A DNA stretch of 53,348 nucleotides from a virus, in the IMG/VR virus record IMGVR_UViG_3300011440_000005, positions 1-53,348 of that record, one strand, 5' to 3'. Below, piece by piece: positions 45,182 to 51,624 of this stretch. The notes under the pieces were generated by a model that saw only the letters and a program-made list of their open reading frames with translations, made no database searches and was not told the origin of the DNA. Within the stretch, counting starts at the first letter, position 1. Every line of letters starts with the position of its first letter. The position numbers and the translations under genes were made by a program.

Positions 45182-45205
45182 CCCGGGGCGTGTAGTCGCC
45201 CCAGG
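45182..45205 (-). terminator. Intergenic hairpin upstream of the secreted-protein gene
   Basis: Minus sense cctggggcg-actaca-cgccccggg (9 bp incl. one G.U); no U-tract. Confidence 0.3.
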
Positions 45206-45239
45206 TCGGGGCGGGATGAGATGAGTGAGAACCTCTCGC

Positions 45240-45449
45240 TCAGTTGGCTGAGACCCGGAGAGCGAAGAGCGCTCCCCCAGTGAATGCCTCAGCCTGGTCG
45301 GTGGTGAACATTTCCTGGTTAAACCGGTCGATCTGGATGATCCACCGGATACGGTCACTGTCGGGTTCGGAGTCACGCACGAAACCCTGGATCACGTTCA
45401 GGGTTCGCAACTGCTCCAACTTCTCAGCAAGCCGACTAGATCGGCTCAT
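45240..45449 (-). CDS. Hypothetical protein
   Basis: ATG 45449 (MSRSSRLAEK...) in ATGA overlap with the upstream stop. Confidence 0.55.
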   Translation of the reverse strand: MSRSSRLAEKLEQLRTLNVIQGFVRDSEPDSDRIRWIIQIDRFNQEMFTTDQAEAFTGGALFALRVSAN

Positions 45450-45631
45450 ATTAAGTACTCCAATCTCAGGGCAGCGCACTCTTTGCAGCGCAGCTTCCCT
45501 GTTCGTTTCGCTTCCTTGATTACGGTGGTCTGATTGACGGGCTGCCAACCCACCACTTCGACCTGGATTTGGTCACGGGCAGTGAGAGCGGTTCCGCATT
45601 TAACGCAGAGGCCGAGTATCATCTCAGCCAC
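45446..45631 (-). CDS. Zinc-ribbon protein
   Basis: CVKCG ... CKEC; start GTG 45631 or ATG 45622. Confidence 0.6.
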   Translation of the reverse strand: MAEMILGLCVKCGTALTARDQIQVEVVGWQPVNQTTVIKEAKRTGKLRCKECAALRLEYLI

Positions 45632-45818
45632 GCTCCCACCACCTCGGGTGTTGGTAGACGGCCCTATTGCCCCTTTCGGGACAACTCGGGCTGCATACGA
45701 ACAACCCCACGCCTGGCATGTCGGGATAGTTGGCGGGGGTCAGGTAGGTGTTGAAGGCGGGTGTGTCTATCCCACACAGCGCACATACTGGTTCCCACGG
45801 TTTACGCTTAGCGTTCAC
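45624..45818 (-). CDS. Small Cys-rich protein
   Basis: GTG start with GGAGG 8 nt upstream; CALCG ... CSPSC. Confidence 0.55.
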   Translation of the reverse strand: MNAKRKPWEPVCALCGIDTPAFNTYLTPANYPDMPGVGLFVCSPSCPERGNRAVYQHPRWWERG

Positions 45819-45839
45819 CAGTGGCCTCCAAATGGTCAG

Positions 45840-45927
45840 GTAGAACGTTCGGACGTTCTACTACGGTCTTCTGAGGTCATGGTCGTGCGCCTTGGGGCTG
45901 GACGAGTGTAAGCCCTTCACCAGCCCC
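45840..45927. promoter_or_regulatory. Two further hairpins in the 270-nt gap
   Basis: gtagaacgt-tcgg-acgttctac (45840-45861) and ggggctgg-N18-ccagcccc (45894-45927). Confidence 0.4.
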
Positions 45928-45958
45928 TCGGCGTTCCTGTCTTCCTCCTTGTGGTCAG

Positions 45959-46062
45959 CCGGTCCTGGTTTGGACCGGTCATTGAGGGGCAGCCTATAGG
46001 TAGGTCCAAAGCCTTACCGGATAAACCGGACACTTGGCACTAAACCCTGCCCCTCAATGGCC
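45959..46062. promoter_or_regulatory. Double-hairpin element A (paralogue of 48636-48723)
   Basis: S1 ccggtcc-tggttt-ggaccgg; S2 cattgaggggcag ... ctgcccctcaatg (13 bp). Flanked by an SD-like string, aggaggaagaca in minus sense, with no start codon after it. Confidence 0.55.
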
Positions 46063-46080
46063 CACCTCGTAGTCGAGGTG
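46063..46080 (-). terminator. Hairpin just downstream of gene 46091..46339
   Basis: cacctcg-tagt-cgaggtg, 7-bp stem. Confidence 0.35.
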
Positions 46081-46090
46081 AGCCAACCTT

Positions 46091-46339
46091 TCACTCAAAC
46101 AAGTAGTCGAAGTCCTCGGTCATTGCGGCGATGCCGTCAATGTCGTCACCGAGTAGCTCAAACATTGCCGCACTTACTGCGGCTGCCGCCTTGTTCTCGT
46201 TCACGCTGTGGTTCTCACCGAAGACATGGCAGCCCTCGGCTGCGAAGAGCCGCTGCGCTTGTTTAAACGGCACGTCATCGACCTCGTGCAGCGAGTCCAT
46301 CTCCCAGGGTTCGCCACACTGTGGGCAGCGAATATCCAT
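46091..46339 (-). CDS. Hypothetical protein (N-terminal CPQCG)
   Basis: 82 aa with a GAAGGAGG RBS. Confidence 0.65.
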   Translation of the reverse strand: MDIRCPQCGEPWEMDSLHEVDDVPFKQAQRLFAAEGCHVFGENHSVNENKAAAAVSAAMFELLGDDIDGIAAMTEDFDYLFE

Positions 46340-46402
46340 GATTCCTCCTTCTCCAAGTCCGAATGGCTTGGACAGAGCGCACCTTGATGCGCTCTGCTCA
46401 AG
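46340..46402 (-). repeat. Intergenic cassette copy 1 (hairpin 1 + hairpin 2 + AGAAGGAGG)
   Basis: Minus sense: cagagcgca-tcaagg-tgcgctctg; tccaag-ccattcgga-cttgga; gaaggaggaatcATG. Confidence 0.7.
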
Positions 46403-46990
46403 TCACCCATCGATCATTTCTATGTTGTCCTGCGGGCATATCGGGTAGCCGGTGTCCAACCATTTCTGCGTGACTCGCACCGTGTACCCACACTCAACGC
46501 ACATAGCCTTCAGCAGCCGGGTGCCCTGCTTGGGTCCACTGCTACTTGAGCCGGTTTTGATTGCTGTGTGCGGATACTCACCGAGGCGCTTCAATAACGG
46601 CTGAATAGCCTTCTTGAAGTCATCACCTGCGACCGTGGCGCTTGGTTTGCCAACTAGGCCGATCGCCCTGACGCTCTTCGTGAACCCCGCCTTGTGTCCA
46701 TCCGTGGGATGAGCAACATGCACAAGCTCGTGAGCGAGGGTTGCCAGCACCTCGACCGGGTCACTCAGTACTGGACTGACGAACAAATGACTGTCTTTGC
46801 GTTCCCCTGCGGGGTGCCAGCACTCACCGATCCGACGCTGACGGGCCGACGTTGCTCCCTTGGACGGCCAACCCACGCTAACCGTCCAGGGACTAAGCAA
46901 CTTGACTCCTGCGCCCTCCAGGAAGCCCTCCAGCAGCTTCCCGGCTTTGATGAGCCACTGCTCCCGGGTTACGGGCCTAGTGGCGCTCAT
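46403..46990 (-). CDS. SprT-like zinc metalloprotease with C-terminal zinc ribbon
   Basis: LAHELVHVAH (HExxH) and CVECGYTVRV...ICPQ. Confidence 0.75.
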   Translation of the reverse strand: MSATRPVTREQWLIKAGKLLEGFLEGAGVKLLSPWTVSVGWPSKGATSARQRRIGECWHPAGERKDSHLFVSPVLSDPVEVLATLAHELVHVAHPTDGHKAGFTKSVRAIGLVGKPSATVAGDDFKKAIQPLLKRLGEYPHTAIKTGSSSSGPKQGTRLLKAMCVECGYTVRVTQKWLDTGYPICPQDNIEMIDG

Positions 46991-47214
46991 AGCTCATCCT
47001 CGTGGCTGGCGTTGATCGCCAGCCAATCCTCTGCGATGTCACCGTTTGGGGCGATGAGTCCCGCATCAATGAGAGCTTGAGCGGTTCGACCATACGAACC
47101 TTGCAGACTCCAGGCCATACCAGTCCCAATCAAGTGACTGAACAACTCCAGAATCGCCTGGTCATCGGCCTCGCCAGTTTCGTAGGCCATGATGCCACTG
47201 ACTAAGTCATACAT
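46987..47214 (-). CDS. Hypothetical protein
   Basis: ATG 47214 (MYDLVSGIMAYE...) with a GAGAAGGAGG RBS; the long N-terminal extension in the track is Arg/Ser-rich shadow. Confidence 0.6.
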   Translation of the reverse strand: MYDLVSGIMAYETGEADDQAILELFSHLIGTGMAWSLQGSYGRTAQALIDAGLIAPNGDIAEDWLAINASHEDEL

Positions 47215-47287
47215 TCTCTGCCTCCTTCTCCAGTACTGAATGCACTGGTGGGAATGCACCGTGTTTAAACGGCACACTCCCATCAGG
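47215..47287 (-). repeat. Intergenic cassette copy 2
   Basis: Minus sense: 13-bp hairpin gggagtgtgccgt-ttaaac-acggtgcattccc (3 G.U) containing GTTTAAAC; ccagt-gcattcagt-actgg; agaaggaggcagagaATG. Confidence 0.7.
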
Positions 47288-47704
47288 TCACTCACACCAC
47301 ACCTTCTCGGTGCGCTTCTCAATGGTCGCACCAGGCCAGAACACACCATGCTCGGCCTCGACCGAACGCAAGTGTGCCAGCCACTTGTCCGCTTCCGCCT
47401 TCGTGCGGAAGTAGGCAATATGAACGGGGTAACCGAAGTTCGGCTCAGGGAAGGTTGCCTCCCACGAGGTGACCGTGATCTGTCGGTCATAACCCATTTC
47501 GCACGCCTGGCACAAATAGTCCGGTCCCGCCCAGGAGCCGATGAAGCTCCCATGACGGCAGTACTGCGAGGGGTCGTTGTGGTTGGCGTCGTAGCCAAGC
47601 TCGTCGTCTAGGTCACTGGTGGGGAACGGTGCCAGCCCGCCGTTGTCGACGGTTGGCCCGTCCTCATACCAGGACATTGGAACGTTGGTCTCTCCGTATG
47701 CCAT
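47288..47704 (-). CDS. Hypothetical protein
   Basis: ATG 47704 (MAYGETN...) after an AGGAGGAAG RBS; 138 aa. Confidence 0.65.
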   Translation of the reverse strand: MAYGETNVPMSWYEDGPTVDNGGLAPFPTSDLDDELGYDANHNDPSQYCRHGSFIGSWAGPDYLCQACEMGYDRQITVTSWEATFPEPNFGYPVHIAYFRTKAEADKWLAHLRSVEAEHGVFWPGATIEKRTEKVWCE

Positions 47705-47777
47705 GACTCTTCCTCCTGTTTTCCCCAATGCCTAATTGCACTGGTGAGAACGCCCCGTAGGGCGCTCTCATCAGCCT
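47705..47777 (-). repeat. Intergenic cassette copy 3
   Basis: Minus sense: gagagcgccc-tacg-gggcgttctc; ccagtg-caattagg-cattgg; aggaggaagagtcATG. Confidence 0.7.
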
Positions 47778-47810
47778 TCAGGCGTCAGATCGTTGGGTTG
47801 ACTTCGGCAT

Positions 47811-47876
47811 TTCCTATCCTCCTTCTCCAAGCTCCAATGGCCTGGTGGAAACGCAGCACGCTGCGCTCCCATTAGG
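47811..47876 (-). repeat. Intergenic cassette copy 4 (followed only by a 10-codon micro-ORF, 47778..47810)
   Basis: Minus sense: gcgcag-cgtg-ctgcgt hairpin; ccagg-ccattggag-cttgg; ggagaaggaggataggaaATG, identical to copy 5. Confidence 0.7.
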
Positions 47877-48125
47877 TCACGAGAATCGAAGTTCACTAAC
47901 AATGGCGTCGAACAGGTTCTCGCCACGCATCCAAGCGGTCTCGCCTTTGAAGGTCTTAGCCCGACCCTTGTAGGATCGACCACGCCACGGCTTGCTCGTT
48001 TCGATGTCTCGGGCTGTAACTCGCCACACGCCATATTCGTGATGGAAACCATCGGGTGTGGTGTATGCATCGGACTCCAATGTCACCGACACACCTTTGA
48101 CGGTGATTGAGTCGTGCAATTTCAT
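47877..48125 (-). CDS. Hypothetical protein
   Basis: 82 aa with a GGAGAAGGAGG RBS. Confidence 0.65.
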   Translation of the reverse strand: MKLHDSITVKGVSVTLESDAYTTPDGFHHEYGVWRVTARDIETSKPWRGRSYKGRAKTFKGETAWMRGENLFDAIVSELRFS

Positions 48126-48192
48126 TTCCTATCCTCCTTCTCCAGTCCACAGTGGGCTGGTGGGAATGCCCCGTAAGGCGCTCCCATCAAGC
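48126..48192 (-). repeat. Intergenic cassette copy 5
   Basis: Minus sense: gggagcgcc-ttacgg-ggcattccc; ccag-cccactgtgga-ctgg; ggagaaggaggataggaaATG. Confidence 0.7.
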
Positions 48193-48408
48193 TCACCAGC
48201 GGTCGACCTCATGCTCCCATTGAGCCTTCTCAACCTGGCTCATTGCTTGCCACTCTTTGAACTGGTCGAGGTGGCCTAGGCACATCGGCTCGTCCTTGCT
48301 GACGATTGCTCGCTCGCAACGACCACCCGAAGGGCCGAAGTCCTCATCGAAGTAAGGCACTATCTCGGCGCAAAGACCAGCGTCGTGAAGTGCTTCCTCG
48401 TAGTTCAT
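48193..48408 (-). CDS. Hypothetical protein
   Basis: 71 aa with a TAGGAGGAAG RBS. Confidence 0.65.
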   Translation of the reverse strand: MNYEEALHDAGLCAEIVPYFDEDFGPSGGRCERAIVSKDEPMCLGHLDQFKEWQAMSQVEKAQWEHEVDRW

Positions 48409-48419
48409 GCTTCCTCCTA

Positions 48420-48617
48420 TCAGATCGTCACGTCGAAATGGTCAATGGTCAGAACGTTGCTGTCGGGCAGCATCACTTCGTAGTAACGCTCATCAGCGGG
48501 GTAACGGCGAACCGAAACCTCAGTGCCAACAGCAAAGCTTGCACCAGTGAAATGACCAATCTCCCGGTTCAACCATGCGGTGAACCAGGGGTTGTTTGAA
48601 TCTTGGAAGTAGCTCAT
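48420..48617 (-). CDS. Hypothetical protein, first gene of the leftward block
   Basis: ATG 48617 (MSYFQDSNNPW...) after AGGAGGAAGACAA; the track start 48656 lies inside element B. Confidence 0.6.
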   Translation of the reverse strand: MSYFQDSNNPWFTAWLNREIGHFTGASFAVGTEVSVRRYPADERYYEVMLPDSNVLTIDHFDVTI

Positions 48618-48635
48618 TTGTCTTCCTCCTATCAG

Positions 48636-48723
48636 CCGGTGACGTTCACCGGTCATTGAGGGGATCAGAGCATCCAGGCTTGCCTAGGTTCCTGGTAGCT
48701 ATAGCCCGATCCCCTTAATGGCC
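48636..48723. promoter_or_regulatory. Double-hairpin element B (paralogue of 45959-46062)
   Basis: S1 ccggtga-cgt-tcaccgg; S2 cattgaggggatc ... gatccccttaatg (13 bp, one G.T); lies 19 nt from the start of 48420..48617. Confidence 0.55.
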
Positions 48724-49795
48724 CGCCAGGTTGTCCTAGCGAGCCGAAGGAAGAAAAAGAGGTTCTCACTCACCCCTGCGTGACCTGGCCGTGGTTGTCT
48801 CTCCACGGTCGCCCGCTCCCGAGGTGGTCGGGGTGGTCCTTCCGGTGCTGCGCACCTTCAGCTTTCCCCTGGCGATCGGCTGGAGAGCCGATCAACCCCC
48901 TCCGGGGTCAAGGCCAGGTTCTGAGGGCAGGAGCCACTCCCGAGGCCGGTGGTGACCTTGGCCCGAGGGCTGATCGAGTACCGGCAAGCCGGACTCTAGT
49001 CGACCAGTACGACAACGTCAAGTTCACCAGTAAACCCCAGTTCTGGCCGTTCTCGAGAAGGTTGCACAGTGCAACCAACAGGGGAACGGGCCGAACTGCC
49101 CGATAAGCCTGGCGCTTAACCCCCCGCCCCCAGTGGGTGGAGCGAAATTGAGCGCCCACTCAAACTAAGGCTGGCACCCGAAGGAGGGGCAGCACGCAGG
49201 TAGATGTCAAAGACAGCGCCACTAACAGAGGTGATGCACCAGGCACCATGCGGTGGTGATGCAGCCAACAGCCTTACAGCGTTATATAGCTCACTCGAAC
49301 AGTGTTCGATAGCTCAAATGAGTGTGATCTGCACCCACAACGAGCACGTGACCAGCCCGTCCTGCGAGTGCAACGGTCCAACCAACAACACAGCGCACAA
49401 ACACCCAGGTCAGGAGCAGAAATCAACACCAACAGCCGAAAGGCTGACCGGGGTCCATTTATTTCCCCAGCAGCAGTGTGGGGAAGGTCACTGTCACAAG
49501 TACCGGACAGTCCAGTGTCTGTTAGGGGTGCTAGTAGCCTGTTTAGTAGCTGTTTGTTGGCTTGGGCCAGGTCAACTTGGGGCTTGGTGGGGGCTTCGCC
49601 CCCTTTAGCCACCTGTTTCTTGGTGTTTGTCAGTGGTTGACTACATGTGGAGGGGGTGTCCCACCCCCGACGTGTCAGCAAACTAAGAACTAGTGCGGCT
49701 TCGCCGCCTTGCTGGACGCAAAGAACGACCCTAGGGCCGGGGGGGTATCTTTCGACTGTGCCTGGTAGGGGCTGCCAGGGCTAGACGAAACCCGG
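48724..49795. other. 1.07-kb region without credible ORFs; hairpin- and repeat-rich (candidate large ncRNA(s) and/or replication origin)
   Basis: All track ORFs here have implausible composition. Multiple 6-9-bp perfect stems, tandem repeats and an AT-rich palindrome are listed under findings. Confidence 0.6.
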
Positions 49796-50278
49796 TTAGG
49801 AAGGTAGAACCTTCTGGACTCGACGCTTCAATTCTTGTAGCTGCTCGTCAACAGTGGAGTTGACACTCGGACGGCTGTCGGTGTTGGTTACGCTCCGCCC
49901 AGCCCACGAATCTTTGTTGGTTCGTTGAAGCTGGTCGATGAGCCTGGAGGCTTCTCGCCTGGCGATGGGTATTTCCCCAGCCCAGCCAAGACCTCGTATG
50001 TAGTTCCGCTGTGCCTGGGTTGTCTCCCACCCTGGCGCTGCTGGCTTCCTAACAGGTCGGGACGAGCGGACTAGTGGTTTCTGCTCCAATGGTCGGGTGT
50101 CTGCTCCAACGAGCTTCGCCCAAGCTTCGATCCGGCTCGGGTCGTTGCGGAGTAGGCCGATGAGTTGAGTGGCCGCTCCGAGGGTGGGCGGGATTTCCGC
50201 CTCCCATCCCATTGAACGGAGAGTGTCGATCTCTCGTTGTGATGGGCCGACCTGGCCTCTCCGTCGTCTTGTGGTCAC
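49796..50278 (-). CDS. Hypothetical protein with two copies of a c. 35-aa helical repeat
   Basis: SQREIDTLRSMGWEAEIPPTLGAATQLIGLL and TQAQRNYIRGLGWAGEIPIARREASRLIDQL; GTG 50278 preferred over the Arg/Pro-rich extension to 50389. Confidence 0.55.
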   Translation of the reverse strand: MTTRRRRGQVGPSQREIDTLRSMGWEAEIPPTLGAATQLIGLLRNDPSRIEAWAKLVGADTRPLEQKPLVRSSRPVRKPAAPGWETTQAQRNYIRGLGWAGEIPIARREASRLIDQLQRTNKDSWAGRSVTNTDSRPSVNSTVDEQLQELKRRVQKVLPS

Positions 50279-50444
50279 TGTCTCTTCCTGCTGTCGTGTT
50301 CGATGGTGGAAGCCCCGCCCCCCGAGGGGGGAAGGAGGGAAAACCACCTCGGGCACCCTTGCGGGCCAGCCTGAGCGAGGCTTCCACACATACCCCCCGA
50401 GAAGTGTCCTCAGAGGGCTTGACCAAGCTAGCCGACCAGTCGAC

Positions 50445-50473
50445 TTGCATGCAAGGGTTGACTCGTCTAAGGT
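50445..50473 (+). promoter_or_regulatory. Candidate promoter TTGCAT-N17-TAAGGT; the -35 lies inside the 12-bp palindrome cttgcatgcaag
   Basis: Read directly; about 140 nt upstream of the first rightward gene. Confidence 0.3.
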
Positions 50474-50612
50474 GTGGGGGTACGCACTGACTAAGCCGTA
50501 ACAGGCAGAAAGAACGTGCCTACAGCGTCACCCGCAGGGGCGGGGGGAAGTTCTCTAGCGGAACTACCGCTTGGAACCCGCCCCGGTGGGTTTAAACGAA
50601 AGGAGTTGAGAG

Positions 50613-50843
50613 GTGGCAGTAGAGATAACAGCGGCTCCGTCACGGGAGCGTGACGTTGTTGGGGTGCTGCTGTACGACGAGCACCACGAGAATTTCAGTC
50701 TCAGCGTCAACATTTCGGTGGATGAGGCGAAAGACCTGATCTACAGGCTCGAAGTGGCCGTTCGCAAGATCGAACGCCGAGGGTCGCCGGATGAGTCCAT
50801 TTGGGGGCATCGGCATCCGAGTTACGACGAGATGGGAGGCTGA
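50613..50843 (+). CDS. Hypothetical protein
   Basis: GTG start with a GAAAGGAG RBS; 76 aa. Confidence 0.6.
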   Translation: MAVEITAAPSRERDVVGVLLYDEHHENFSLSVNISVDEAKDLIYRLEVAVRKIERRGSPDESIWGHRHPSYDEMGG

Positions 50844-50844
50844 T

Positions 50845-51156
50845 ATGGCTGAACGGATATCGAACCTTGATTTCCTGACGATCACCCCGGATCGGGTGAA
50901 CCAGCGGGTCACCCTGACCACAGACGGGGGGCGCAACTTCCACCTCCCGTTGGATGCCGTCGATGAACTGGTCGCCGGTCTGATGGAAGCAGCCGGTCAG
51001 GTGTCCGACCAGTCCCTCTTTGTGATAGGCGAATACGTCTGGTTGGTGGAAGACGTCGTGCTGTTTGTCGAGGACATCAAATGGGAGGGTGACACCTCCT
51101 ATGCGGTTCTTTCGGTCACGGTCCCGACCAGCAACATTTCAAGGACCCTACCGTGA
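50845..51156 (+). CDS. Hypothetical protein
   Basis: ATG 50845 (MAERISNLDF...) with a GGGAGG RBS. Confidence 0.6.
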   Translation: MAERISNLDFLTITPDRVNQRVTLTTDGGRNFHLPLDAVDELVAGLMEAAGQVSDQSLFVIGEYVWLVEDVVLFVEDIKWEGDTSYAVLSVTVPTSNISRTLP

Positions 51157-51350
51157 TAGAGACACTGAGCAACCCCTGGCTCACCCTAACCGAGAGTGAC
51201 AAGCGGCTCATCCGTGGCGCACTGTCGGCCAGGTACCACGAGTTGATTTCTTATAGATCTGATCTGAAAGGGTTTTATGCAACCGATGTGGCGCACAGGC
51301 TCGCTGTGCGGATCGCTGAATTGGGCGAGCGCTTAGAGGAAGACGGATGA
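51153..51350 (+). CDS. Hypothetical protein
   Basis: GTGA overlap with the upstream stop; 65 aa. Confidence 0.6.
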   Translation: MIETLSNPWLTLTESDKRLIRGALSARYHELISYRSDLKGFYATDVAHRLAVRIAELGERLEEDG

Positions 51351-51366
51351 ACGCTTGGAGGAAGCG

Positions 51367-51624
51367 ATGAGTGACGAAGCGGTCATAAGCGCCATCGAGC
51401 AGAGCCGTAAGGTGCTGGAACAGAAGGAACTTCACACTCGTTTGTTGTTGGAGCAGCTTTATGAGCAGGCAGGGTTTATGAAGCCTCGGACGGAGAACTA
51501 CCAGTCTCTAACCGAAACGAGGCGGGCTGTCATGGAACGCTGGGCCGAACACGCCAAGCTCGCCAGAGCGGAAGGTTTAAACGCCGCAGCCAACTATTGC
51601 GAACGAAAGGCCAACGGACGATGA
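51367..51624 (+). CDS. Hypothetical protein
   Basis: ATG 51367 after GGAGGAAGCG. Confidence 0.6.
   Translation: MSDEAVISAIEQSRKVLEQKELHTRLLLEQLYEQAGFMKPRTENYQSLTETRRAVMERWAEHAKLARAEGLNAAANYCERKANGR

Noticed and set aside
46987-47598. Long N-terminal extensions of several leftward ORFs in the track (for example 46987..47598, 43516..43950, 35212..36045, 32812..33288, 49796..50389)
   Set aside because: The extensions are Arg/Ser/Pro-rich and overlap upstream genes or cassettes. Internal starts with strong SDs or 4-nt coupling give compact, plausible proteins.
48780-49681. Track ORFs 48780..49106 (+), 48908..49159 (-), 49204..49608 (+), 49274..49681 (-), 49302..49640 (+)
   Set aside because: They are mutually overlapping, lack RBSs, and have skewed Arg/Trp/Cys/Pro composition with no motifs. 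The region is better explained as non-coding.
49589-49707. GC-stem/TTC-loop hairpins as plain rho-independent terminators of + strand transcripts
   Set aside because: Only one (49589-49606) is followed by a short T run (TTT), and no + strand gene ends nearby. They are kept as part of the structured-region finding instead of being called terminators.
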